Assembly (NCBI GenBank): GCA_036172245.1
Contig: JAYWIR010000016.1
Coordinates: 2,790,001 to 2,854,000 of the forward strand
Direction of reading: 5' to 3'
Length of the DNA stretch: 64,000 nt
Source of the DNA: Raillietiella orientalis
Taxonomy: Eukaryota
Part shown: positions 37,901-49,661 of the stretch, piece by piece
How the letters are laid out: each line of letters begins with the position of its first letter
Position numbering within the stretch: the stretch's first letter is position 1
Notes under the pieces: generated by a model
Databases searched by the model: none
The model's input: the letters and a program-made list of their open reading frames with translations, nothing else
What the model was told of the DNA's origin: nothing
Program-made: the position numbers and the translations under genes

Positions 37901-40900
37901 GCGCCATCGCGCAGCAACGGCTGCCACGGTCGATGGCGGAAGCCGCCGCCGCCTCTGCGCACCACCGCCGGTCCGCACGCGAGCTTTCGAGGCGAAGGGG
38001 TCTCTCGTTGCCCCGGGGCCGGGTAGCGCACGACGCGGGTGGGGCGACGGCCTTGGAGGCTGCCAAGGGGTCGCCCCACCGCCCCGTCCCGAAGCGGCAC
38101 CCTGCTCCAGCCCTCTCCGAGGAGGGCAAGCCCCCCCTGCGCGCGACCTCCGAGAGCTGCCCGAGGAAACTGGGAAAGAGCTCCCTGGAAGCGGCGGAGG
38201 GCTTTCCCCTCCTCCTCCTCCTCCTCTTCCTTCCCGTGCTTCCGGGGGAGTACTTCGCGGGGTGAGACGAGGGGTGGGCTGTACCGCTCTCATCCCGTTT
38301 AGGGGCAAGGGGACGTCGGTGGGCGATGGACGCGGGTCCTCGTCCTCGACGCACAGTAACGCCCGCACTTCTCCGGGACTCCCAGCCGCCTCATGAGGGA
38401 AAGGGGAGGGAAGAGGTGGCCAGTTGCTGTAGGAAGAATGCCTGGGGGGTGGCCAACAGCCGCAGCCCCCTCCCCTGGGGATGCGATTCCTGTATCCCTT
38501 GGCCTCGGGCGGCAGGAGTACTGGAGACCTCCGGAGGGAAAAAAGGAAGGGAGGGGAAGCGGGGAGGCCTTCCCGACCGCAGCTCCCGCCGGAAAATTTC
38601 CCCTTGTTTTTTCTTCTCTCTCTCGGAGTTCCCCGTTCCCTCCCGGGAGGAAAAGCTCGGAGAAAAGGAAGGAGGGGGGGGATCCGAAAAGAGCGCGCCG
38701 GCTCGCTTTCCCGCCGCCTCGACCCAGTTTCTATTTTTGGGCCCGCCATCCCGCCTCCTCCCGCAGGGAGGGCGCTCGCGCAAATGCCCACCGTGGCGAC
38801 GCCAACCCGAGTACGCCGCCACCTATGGCCTAGGGGACTCCGGCGCCAGTCCCCTCTCTTCCTCCTCCCAGGCGGGGACCCCGGAAGAGGGGACTCAAAG
38901 ACCCTCCCGCGCGGGTGCAGGACCGGCAGGCACCTCCCGGACAGAGCCCTTTTCCTTCGAGGCCTGCCCGCACCCCTCCCTCTCCGTGTTCCTTCGGAGG
39001 CTTGACGAGCCAGAAGGAAGATGGGGTGGAGGATGCTGCGGGAGGAGTGCACGACCCGAAGAGCCCCTTGGCCGGGAGTTCGACTTCTCCCCACAGTCAT
39101 GGGTCGACCTTCGATCTGAGCACTCCCGGGAACGCCTCGGGAGGTGTCAGGTCGAAGGTAGCGTATCAGAGTGGGCGCCGCTTCCCGAAGGGTCGCCGGC
39201 CCGTGGAACTGGAAGAGTCCCCTTTCCTAACCAGGGAGCTTGTCACCTGCCGTGAGAACTGCCAGGAAAGCGATGACCCTTTTCTTGCCCCGTGGCAGTC
39301 GCGCACGCGATGAAGGAGGGCACGGGACAAAGCAGGAAAACCAGTTCCATGCGCGAAAGGGGAGGATATACCCGAAGAGGCGGAGGAATCACTACCGGGT
39401 GAGCCACTCCCAGGCGGCGCCTCTCCCGAGGGCGGAGAGCAGGCGACTCCCGGCACAAGAACGGCGGCTGCAAAGAGAACTGGCACGTCTCGGATGTGCC
39501 CGGCCCCCTTGACCTCTCTCCCAGACACATCCTTCCTTTCAGGAGCCCCTTTCTTCTGCTTCCGGGAGGAAACCCCTGGGGCAGCAGATGCGCGGCCAGG
39601 TGCGCGAGGGACGGCATCCGGTACTACGATGCCCGGAGATGGGGTCGCCCCTTCTTATGGCGTTCTTTCCCTCTCGGGAAAGCGGACAGGAAGGATGCAG
39701 TCTGGGGAGCCTCACGAGCGACCTGACCCTCTTCGTACCACCCGTGCAACGCCCGCAGGGTATCCCTGGAAGACGCGTCCGACGTGGCGCGTATCCTGGG
39801 ACACAACGGGCGGGTGGGGCGTCCGACTTGGGCTGAGGAGGGAAACAAGGCGGAGGTCGAGTTGGACCGGCGGTCGGTCTGGCTCGGAGCAGCAAAGGAC
39901 TCCGCGTCTCGGTCGGTCTGGTGATGGTGGCGGAGGTATCGGGTGGGGCCGGTTGAGAGGTCATCGTGGGGTCGACGAGTGCGGCGGAGAGGAGAAGATG
40001 AGCCGGGGAGGTACGAACCGCGTACCGGAAGCCCTTTGGCTGCCAACGGGGGTGGGCAGGAGGAGAAAGGCGTCCTGCCTGGCAGCATCCCTCAGGCGCA
40101 TCACTCCGGCCTGGCGCCCGGAACCTTCTCGGCTTTGAGGCTCCATGTCCGCTCCCCGACCACCACCTCCAGGGTAACGGCCTCCTTGGCTCGACTAGGG
40201 AGGGTCGCACTTCACGCGCATCGGGTGTCTCAGGTCACACCATCTGCAGAAGGCGTCGCTGACCAACCCTGCGGAGGAGGAGAAGAAGGGGCGCGCGAAC
40301 TGGCGGCAGAGGCGCTTCCTCCCTCTCCCCCCTTTGCCTGAAACAAAAGTCCCCGCTCTTCTCCCATCCGACTTAGCGATCTCCTCCCGCGTGACCCTCG
40401 CCCCTCCTCTTCTCCCGCCGTAAATCTGGAGGGGAAGTCTCCCCTTTCACGGCATCGAAGGCGCCCCGCATTGTCCTGCGGCGCGCGCGCGGGCACTGAC
40501 TCCTGGGTTCTCCGGTCAGCGGGAACAATCGGGGGAAGGGTGCACCTGCACCCCTCCCCGGAAGGCGCTCTCTCCCCGCCCCCTTTCCTTTCCTCCTCGC
40601 TTCTGGGGACCGGCATGTGCGGCCAGCGCCGTCGCTTGAAGGAGCGTGCGGTCAGCTCGAGGACACGCTAGCTGCCGGGAGTCCGGGAGACGAGGTCTGC
40701 ATCGCCGTTTCCTCAGGAAACCGGGCGTCGAGCACCTGCCCCTTTCTGCTCCCCTCCCTCAGTTCCCTTTCTGCTCCCTCCCGTCTGACCCGGGGAAGAT
40801 GGTGCGGCAGCCGGCGTCCACGCACCACGCGGAGGCAAGCCGTTCCCGGTCCTTCCCGGGAGCAGCTCGCCGGGGACCTGCTCGGGTCCTGGACGGGTCG

Positions 40901-41899
40901 CCCGGGAGGTGAGGCGCACGTGAGCACGCGGGCGAGGAAGAGAACGCGCCTGCTCCGTGTCAGTTGTCAGCCGGGAGCGCTCGGCCGGGCTCCCGGATGA
41001 GGACGCTTACGTCCTCTGGGAACGAGGGAGGGGGAAGGGAGGAAGCCCGGGAAGAGGAAGGAGAAAGAGCGCCACGTTCCGGAAGCGGCGCGGGTTTTGC
41101 TTCCTCTGAGGCCGCGGGGAGAAGAAGAGAGGAGGATGGCGCCCCTGCACCCGGCCGATTCGCACGGGGACACTCTCTCTCGGAAACGGGAGCGCGAAGC
41201 GCGGGAGGGTTCCAGGAAGGGAAAAGGGACGCCGGGGGTGCGGGGTCTCCTGTAGGGTTGCCCGCCGGATCTCGGAAACCCGATCCGGGCACTCCGGGAC
41301 GCGTCAGCATTTCGTTTCCCTTTCCCTCCACTGGAAGGGGGGGGGGGATTTCCACCTTTGGGTATCGCCTCGCAGACCCGACGGTCCGGCAGTCCGTGCT
41401 CCCTGCACTTAGCGCCACTACCGCGTCCTTTTGGTGGGAGGGCCCGTCCTCTGAACCTTACTGTACCACAGAGAGCCCTGTCCATCACCATGGCGACGGC
41501 GGCAGGGAAGGGACCACTCGGGAAGGCTCCGTCCCACGCTGCTCCTGTCCTGGCGTAGCAGCGCGAGCCTGCTGCGACTCAGGGAAGCGAGTCCCGCAGG
41601 CAGAGCTCCCGTCTCTCCCGTGCATTGCGCTCAAAAGTCTGCGTGGGACTTTTGGGAGCGACGGAAGACACCGGTGCTGCAGAGGCGGAGCCGGGCCAAC
41701 CCGACGTCGGGCAATGTTCCTGGGGGTGCGAAGCCAGCTGCGCGCGGCAGATGGGGTCGAAGAGGCCCCACCAGGGAGCCCTCGACCCCGCGCGGGAGGT
41801 CCACCGCGTTTACGGCGCAGGGACCTCTTTGTGGGGCTAGGAGACGCGGACGAGGGCTCAAGGCACAGCCCTCACGGGGAACCCGGATCGTCATCTGGG

Positions 41900-43152
41900 C
41901 AACGGGGGTCGCTTGACCTGGAAGCGACGGGATGAAAAAGTCTCATTCCTCCGGAGGCTGACGAGGGGTGGACGCTGTTCTTCGGATCGGAGACCATCAT
42001 CTTCTGATCTCAAGCACATCCAGCTCCCGGGACGCTCCTGTACGCATAAAAAAAAGGTGGGAGCGTACGTGACGTGGGTACTCGTCGCATGAAGCGTACG
42101 CGTGTGTATAGAAATGATATGCACACTCAGTGCTCTGCCGTGGTCCAACTTGCTGCGATCCGTCGATCCTTCGCGCCTCTGCAGCCTCCTTCGTTTCGCT
42201 GAGCCTATGAAGCTGCGTCCAGGATCCTCGAGGGCGTTTCCGTGGGCACGCTCGCGCGCATCTCGAGGGCGCAGCAGATCCCTTCCTCGGGAGTTCCCGG
42301 ACCGGACGCTAAGGGTCTCGCAGAGTCGCACCGGTACGAAGCGACGTCCCGGGAGATTGGCTCCAGAATAACTCCTCCGTCGATCCCGCCTTTGGGAGGT
42401 GTGTGACGTGCAACCGACGTTTCCTTCGGGCAAAGGCGCACGCTTCCGGCGACGTCGAGTGGAGACCCGCCCCCGTCCTTTCCTTAAAGTGGCGGGAGTC
42501 GGCGTGAATGCTGCTGCTGCACTGGGGTCTCCCGTGCAACGCCCGCCGGCATCACTGGACACGGGAGAAGGGTGGACCCGAACTGTGCCAGTTGTGGGGA
42601 GCGCTAACCCCTCCCCACCTGCTAGTGGATTGTGTCGCCCTCTGGCCCCTCCGGAAACGCTTCGTCGCGACCCCAGAAATCCCGACGGCAACCCCAGAGA
42701 CTCTTTACGACTCTTCCTCCTACGCGACGCACTTCGGCCGGCAGCCTCGTCAGCATCCCTCTGCTGTCCACGAGGGATCGTCGCTGTGGAGCGAGGCAAG
42801 AAGAGGACCGAGCGACAGGAGTGCTACATCCACTTCGCCGTCCATTTCATGAGAATGGCAACGCGGTGGCCCCACCTGAACATTCTAATACAGCGAGAGC
42901 TTGCCGGCATCTTGCAAAAGATGCAAAGGATCCACCCCAGAAGACTGATCCCTTCCCGCATCCCTCCAAAGTTGCTGTGGTTGCTTTTTTATCTTTTATT
43001 TTTGTTTTTTTCTTTTCGTTTACCACCTCCCCTCTGCTGCCGTGGCGGACCGCACCGCTCTGCGAACCGATAACTCGGGCAGGCTCCTGTGAAATTGCGC
43101 GTGGTTTGACCACTGGTCAATATTGGAACTGTTTATTTGCTTTATAAATAAA
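41900..43152 (+). mobile_element. Degenerate LINE 3' part (zf-RVT-like domain, C-terminus, 3'UTR, polyA signal)
   Basis: LLLHWGLPCNARRHHW / VDPNCASCGE / PHLLVDC at 42511-42633. The C-terminus is homologous to 16520-16755. A T-rich UTR and AATAAA follow at ~43147. Confidence 0.6.
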
Positions 43153-43679
43153 CGGCCCGGCGTGCTCGGGCTAAAATCGAGAGGAGACCCGAAGGACCTC
43201 CCCCGTTTTTTCTTTCACGTGAGTTCAAGGAGACCGAAGGGACCACCCCACCGGCCGCAGACACGTTCGGCGGCGAAGCCAGGGAGCACGTGGGATGGGA
43301 GAGGGGGACATGAGAAGGTGCAGAGCGTTACTTCCGAACGAGGATCGTGGCGCTCGGGGAGGATGGCTCTCTCGCATGCTCCGTTCCCAGGTCTCCTCCG
43401 GCTTGCCAGTTTTGCCGCTTCCTAGGCGGGATGATCGTTTCCCTGGAGTCTGGATGGTCTCGGCGTAGTTGTTATACCGCACGCGCGTGAGACGTGCGGT
43501 CATTAGGGGGGTTGAGGGGAAGGAGGGGGGAAGAAATGCACACAGAGACGGATAGAGCCAACTTGCTCTTGCAGGGAAGACGCAAGGAGGCGGGGGTGGC
43601 GGCGGTGGTCGAGACACAAAGAGCGTCCCTCCCCAAGGAAAGAGGGAGAGAGAGGGAAAAGGGGGAGGGGGAAAAAAAA

Positions 43680-44430
43680 TGGAACGTGCGAGGGAGCCGC
43701 TCGCCGGCTTCGGAAACCTGCGACAGCTGCAACGATTGATGAGTGTATGGCAGGAGGAGGAGAAGGAGGAGGGACGTTCGCGGACCGACTGGGTTCCCTC
43801 GCTCGCACCGATCTTGTTGCGCGCGCCGTTCGAACGTGCAGGAAGGCGGGACGAGCCTCTCTTCTCAACTCCACAGCAACCCCACCAACCTACCCTCACC
43901 TTTCCCGGAGAGGAAAGGCAACTCCATCTCCCTGCACCCAGGAGACACAAGGAGAGATGGTTCCCGCTCGTCAGCTCCTCAAACGTCCGCGGCTGCCTGG
44001 ATGGATGCCGTCCGAGTGCGTTCGCACGACCGAAGCGGTCCAGAACTCGGGGGGGACATGGCTCTCCTTCCCTCCCCCAGCTACGCGTCCTCCCCCCTCC
44101 CACCCCAACGTACGTACTACAGGGAGGCAGAGCGGAGACGGGAGTAGGGTGGGGTAGGAAGAGCTCTTTTTCGGGAGTGGAGAAGACTTCTTCCTCCTCC
44201 CCGCACGCGGCGCTCTCAGAGAGGCTTCCTTCCCTCTCACTCCTTTGGGACTTGGAGAAGGTCCGGAGGGAAGTTGCCAGCTAGACCACTCTGCCTGCCT
44301 ACTGCTGCTGCACTGGGGCCTCCCGTGCAATGCCCGCCGGCATTACTGGACGCGGGAAGAGGGTGGATCCGGACTGTTCCAGGTGTGGGGAGCGCTAACC
44401 TCTCCCCACCTGCTAGTGGATTGTGTCTCC
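43680..44430 (+). mobile_element. Degenerate LINE ORF2 fragment ending in a zf-RVT-like domain
   Basis: 44302-44427 is 91% identical (11 mismatches in 126 nt) to 42511-42636. The upstream extent is approximate. Confidence 0.5.
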
Positions 44431-45312
44431 TGGACACCACCTCCTCGTTCTTGCTGCATTCGGAACTCCGCATCCACCGGCCGCCTCCAGAGAGCTCCCC
44501 CCTTCCTCCCCCACTCTTCCCTCATGGGCCATGGCAGGATGCGCAGCTCCATGTCGAACCAGCGCGACCGGAGGAAGTCGTGTAGCTGCTGTGCTCTCCT
44601 AAAGTGCGTCTCCGCTTCCGGGAGGCCGGGGAGAAGGCCACTCACCGGTTGGTATCTGTCGGCTCTGTGAGGATGGTCACTGGGGTCACCCAAGGCGTCG
44701 TGCCGATCGTCCCCGGATCCTGGGATTCCCCTCCCTTGTTCCGCGCGCCCCATCCGAGTCCGAACGGCGGGGCACGAGCCCAGCGAGGCCCAGCATCACT
44801 CTTGGACCTTCCTCTCCACAGATCCCGGAGCGTCCCCTTTCCCCCCCAGAACTCCACCGAATCCAGGGCTGGTGCCACAAGATCCTCCTTTCCCGGAGTC
44901 CCTCCCGCCAAGACTTCCAGAAGGGCCGTCTTCGCGGAGCGGTCCCTTGTCTGATGCCGCCAATGAGCAGGAAAGGGCAGGGGGAGGGAACGACAAACCA
45001 GACGGTCCGTGATCGTGGGGAAAGCCCTCGAATGCGCCGCCAGCTTGCCTCCTTTCTCCTAAGGTCCTCTCTCTGCCCCAGCGAGATCCAGAACCTCCAG
45101 GAGTGGGTCCCGGGGCGCTCTCCGGACTCGATTGCTTCACCCCCTCCTTTTTCCTTCTCCCTCCCCTGGACACAAACGCCTGCCTGCCCGTCAGCAGGTG
45201 CTCTCTCGGGCGTGGGACCAACTCCCGTCCCACCCGGGGGAGGGAAGAGGAAGGAAGAGGGGAGGAGAGGAAGGAAAAAATCCCTGGGAGGGTGAGTTGC
45301 CGTCCGAGGACC

Positions 45313-45344
45313 ATCGCTCTCGGCCTTTTGGCTAAGATCAAAGT
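45313..45344 (+). pseudogene. U2 snRNA 5' fragment (first ~33 nt, 3'-truncated)
   Basis: ATCGCTCTCGGCCTTTTGGCTAAGATCAAAGT matches the metazoan U2 5' end AUCGCUUCUCGGCCUUUUGGCUAAGAUCA(A)AGU with a single-T deletion. The match starts exactly at U2 +1 and stops within the branch-site-pairing GUGUAGUA. Confidence 0.85.
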
Positions 45345-48300
45345 TATCGACTCTTTCTATGATGATTCCCAGGTGCCCATCCTGCGAGACACGGCTGGGT
45401 GCCGCTCTGTGCTTGCTCTTCCCGCGCGCTGGGTGGATTCCCGGAGTCGCGCGCGCGCGGCGGCGGACCCGAAGCGGGAAGGAGCGCCACGTTCTGCTGC
45501 ATCGCCCTCTGGGCACGTGAGAGAGTCGTAGGAGGAATCTTCCCGTCCTCTCCACTCGCTCCTACCTATTGGAGGGAGGCGGGGCAGGAAATGGAAGGCG
45601 CGCAGATTCCCGGAAGGTCATGGTGTTCGAATCCGAACACTAAGGAGCCGTGTGGGGGGGGAGGGGGGGGGGAATCCGTATGTCGCTGAGCGCGGAGGAC
45701 GAAAAAAGGTCTCGAGGAGCCATCTGCGTTTCAAAGGGTCAAAGTCCGTGTCACGTGATAGCCTTTCGAAGGGGAACGCGCGCTTTTCGTTCGCCTCTGT
45801 CTGGTTCCCGAGGGCGGCAGACGACTGCGGGTGCCCATTAGCGGCGCCACCTGGGCTACAGAGAGTCGCAGACTTATTATGTCCATGGTCGCCTAGGAAG
45901 CAGTCTGTTGCAGATTGTCGGAGGAGGAAGGGGACGATTGGGGAAAGCTGTCCTCTATAACATGGGGCTAAGGGGAGCCCGCGGCAGCGCGCGTGCAGCG
46001 AGATGGGAGGAGGAGTCGATTTCCTGGGGGAAGAGTTCGTATGCATCGTCGGATCTGAACAGAGGGTGGCGCAGACGGTCTCGGCCGCCGAAGGCCCTCG
46101 GCTCCCCGCAGGCTCCGAGATGACCGCGAAGAGCTCCGCGAAACGGCGGTCCGGGATCCCTGACCTTGGAAACGGGGAACCCAAGAAACTGGGGGAGGCG
46201 TTGGAGACGATTCGCCCAGGGAAGGACTGGCTGCCAGGAACCGCGCGCTTTCGGTGCCGCCAAGAATAACAGAGGAGCGCTGCCGCCGCCGCCGCCGCCG
46301 CCGCCTCCGCGAGCGGGGGCGTGGCCACCCACAGAGAGCGACGGCGACGCCCTCCCGGAAGCGCACGCGCGTCGTGGAGGCCGCCGGGCAAGGCAAAGAA
46401 AGACTCCCTGTTCACCCGCTTGCGGGGGCCGGGGGAAGAAGGCGGGAGAGGGGGCAACGCGTAGATGCTGCTGCTTCTCGCCCCGGGGCTGGGAGAGAGG
46501 GCGGGACACTCAGCCGGGCTCCGACTACGCCGCCGTGCTGCCGGGAATAAAGCTCCCTGCCCGGCCGAGGAAAGGGGCAGAGACCTCCCTCCGGGAGAGA
46601 GATCGGATCCTCGGACTCTGCCTCTCCCTCCTCCCCCTCCCTGGGTGTGCAACGCCATCCGGAGTGCTGACTGCATCCCGGGAGCGGTGCAGGAAGGGAG
46701 GGATCTTTTGTCAGGCAGAGACCAAGGGGAGAGGAAAGGAAAAGGGTCGCTTTCGTCTTCCTCCCCTCCCGGAAGAGCCCGTTGAATACGAGGGGCGCCA
46801 TGGTTTCCCTGCCATCGTTCTCCCGACCTGCAGATCTCTCGGATCGCGCGCTTCCCGATCACGGAACGAACCAGCAATGGGCGGGTCTCGTTCTCCTGGT
46901 AAGCAGGGCTCCGGATGAAGGAGTCCGCTCCTCTCACGCTTGGGAGGGAACCCCAGAGGGGATCTCTTCCTTATTCTCTTCGGAGGGACCACCAGGGTCG
47001 CGGAGACCGAATCATGGACGAGTCCCGGAAGCAGTAGGAGGGATGGTGCTCAGCGAACATGGCCCGGGACAGGAAGCGAATCGGGAGGCGTTCCGGAAAG
47101 GGTCAAAGAGCCGCCCGGAGAGCCGACTTCCCGCCATTTCCTCTCTCCCGGCCGCCTTCTAGGAGGAACGCGGGTTCGCTTCCGTCTTTCCCCTTCCTCT
47201 TCTCTCGCCACCCAGCCCACCACCACCTATTGGTAACGATAAGGAGGGAGAGGAGGGAAGTCCCTCCTCCTCCTCGTCCTGCTCGGGTCACGTGGACCAA
47301 ATACCAGAGTCTTCGAGCTCCAAGCGGGTGTTCAGGGAGGACAGCAAGGAGCGCAGCCTACGCTCTCTTTTCCCATCGTCGCGCGGGGCCCAACAGCTCC
47401 GCGGATACTTGCATGAGGAGGCTGCGGGAACGCACAGGGCTCCCGACCAGAACCCCAGGACTGTGGATGGGACCGTGGGAGAAGGCGGAGAGTCGGCGCT
47501 GTCATGAACAGGATGGAAACGGGACCGGGGCGCGACGGAGACTCCCGAGGGAGCGGACCCATCGACGAGGAGGGGTTTCCATCCAAAGGTATCTGGAAGT
47601 CAAGATGGCGGCTGCTATCTCAAGCCCTTGAGGAAAAAAAGGGCCGCGACGGGGGAAGCGTCTGGTCCGGAAACGGGAAGCGAGAGCAACAGGAGAGAAC
47701 TTGCGGGATTAGGAGGAAATGTAGGGAGAAGTATCTGGGATGGGGAACAGCTCGATAGGTGCCGGAACGCCGTTCGGGGAAGGAAGACACGGCCTGGGGA
47801 GAAGGCCACAGCTCCAGGGAGTGGTTGAGTTGCCCCCTCACCCTTCTCTCTCCCTTCTTTTCCCCGATGACTGGGAAGTCTTGCTGGCGGGAGAACAGGA
47901 ACGCTTATTCTGCTCCCGCGTGCCTTCCTGGGAACCTCGCCCCTCCTCGAGGAGCTCCCGAGAAAACTCATCCAGGAGAGCAGGTTATTCGCTCCATCCC
48001 TTCTCTCTCCTCCCCCTGCTCACCTCGGGAGGGTTCGGCAGAGCTCGGGGACCGTCCGGGGAGGCACCAACTCGTGCGGGGGTCCTCAGACCGGCGCGCC
48101 TTTGGAGCGAGGGGAGGCTCACGCATGGCTCCCGTATGACGAAGCGACGGCTCCCTTTCGTCCCGAGGACGGGAAGCAGAGGAGGGCGCATGGGAGGAAG
48201 TGGTAAGAGTGGAGGAGAGAGGGACTCTGAGGTCGTACCTCCCCCGCCTGCCCACCTGCACACGATCTAGGGCGTAGGACCCGGGCGTGAACCGCCACAT

Positions 48301-48610
48301 GACCGGAGGTTCCCCCCCCATTTCGTCTCCGGGTCCGTCGAGTGACCTCTGGAGCAGCGCGATGATCCCGAGAAGAGGAGCTGCTCTCCCGTCGAAGAGC
48401 CAGCCACCTGCCGCACCCGCGGGGATGTCGGGCAGAGACTCCCGAGGCTGCCGCCGACCAGTGCCCTGGAGAGCTCACGTCGCGCTACTCCGACCCAGCC
48501 CTCCGAAGGGAAGGTCCTCCCTTTGGCGAGGCCTGAAGATCGCTCTCAGGGAGGAGACACACGGAGACCCGAGAGAGATACGAGAACGGGAACAGTCAGA
48601 CATCGATAGA
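45345..48610 (+). mobile_element. Degenerate APE-RT (L1/Tx1-type) relic, apparently 5'-truncated
   Basis: Plus-strand motif remnants occur in order. APE-like: FSFASV and LQRVADLLC (~45790-45880), then GGGVDFL (~46010). RT-like: AVMNRMETGPGRDG (~47500), EWLSCPLTLLS (~47830), ENRNAY (~47895), GVNRHMTG (~48285) and GLKIALREET (~48535). It is heavily frameshifted and the matches were made by eye. Confidence 0.45.
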
Positions 48611-49355
48611 TGACCTCCTTCCTTTCCTGTTTCTCTCTGGTTCATTTTGACCTTAGGCTTCCTCCTGTCCTCTCGGCTCACAAGGAAGTAGGGATGGGGT
48701 TCACCGCTGAGCTGCCCGCGAGTGTCGTCGCTGAAAATGCCAAGACTTCCCTCGGAAAGACAGCTGGCCCGGCTGCCGTCGTGGAGCAACCGAGAAGCGG
48801 ACTCCTCAGCTATAACAGGAGGTCGCGCCGGTTGGAGACGACTTGTGGAAGGCCTTCCCCCGGCACCGCCGGTCCCGCCTCTGTGCGGGAAACTTCCAAG
48901 GGAGGCAGGCGACGGAGCTGGTGGCGTCCCTGTCGGTCCTGTCCCCAACCAAAGCTCGCTCCTAGAGCACGGCTTTGCTGGGAGCAGAAGAGCTTCCGGA
49001 GAGCCAGAAGAAGGGATGAGTCGCTCCTGTCCGGTGCCTCAGTCGCCAGGGTGAAGCACGGCCTGTCTTGGTAGGCAGCTCTTCCTGGAGAGGTAGCGCA
49101 GCAGATCGAGACGGGAGGGAAGAGGCGGTACGCTAAGGAGATCCAGCAGTCTGCATGCGGTCAGCCACTCCGTCTTCATCTTCCAGAACATGAACGAGGC
49201 AACTGCAGCGCACCGCTTCGTTTCATCTCTCAAGGAGTTTTGAACAGCTCTAAGGGTGACCCTGGCTGCCGAAGGAGGTCTCGCAGGAATCTCTGTCTGG
49301 TTTCCCTGAAGTAAACATGAGGGACTGCAGCTACAGCCGGAGAAGAGGCAGTCTC

Positions 49356-49661
49356 GGCGGACTTGTCTTGAGCCGGTGCTGAGACCGGCGAGGTCCTCTC
49401 CCGAGGCGCAGGGAAAGGGGAAACTGAAACAGAAAGAAACAAAAAGAGAAATAACGGGGAGGGGAATAGTTATATGGTGGAGTGGAGGGCAGGGAGGGGA
49501 TCACTGGGCTCCTGGATCGGTCCTCTGCATCCTATCCAGGATGCTGACAAGCTCTGCTTTGATGCTGGGTGGTAGACGCCACCTTGTCGCCGTCTCCAAA
49601 GAGATCGTCGTCCAGTGGATGGCGTCCCTGCTTCTTTGGCCTCTTCTAGCGTTCCACCTTT
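49356..49661 (-). repeat. 306-bp inverted duplicate of 16595-16900 (LINE ORF2 end plus part of the 3'UTR)
   Basis: The reverse complement aligns ungapped to 16595-16900 with 8 mismatches (~97%). Confidence 0.95.

Noticed and set aside
7500..49300. Hundreds of long Arg/Pro/Gly/Ser-rich ORFs (e.g. 8129-9475, 24939-26432, 37799-39100, 45618-46937)
   Set aside because: They overlap in all six frames and are low-complexity, as expected from stop-codon scarcity at high GC. No domains are recognisable apart from scattered LINE remnants.
16595..49661. Inverted 306-bp pair as terminal repeats of a giant transposon or virus
   Set aside because: The repeat is an internal piece of a LINE 3' end that continues beyond 16595. 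The GC block extends ~9 kb further left. No transposase, polB, integrase or capsid gene is seen inside.
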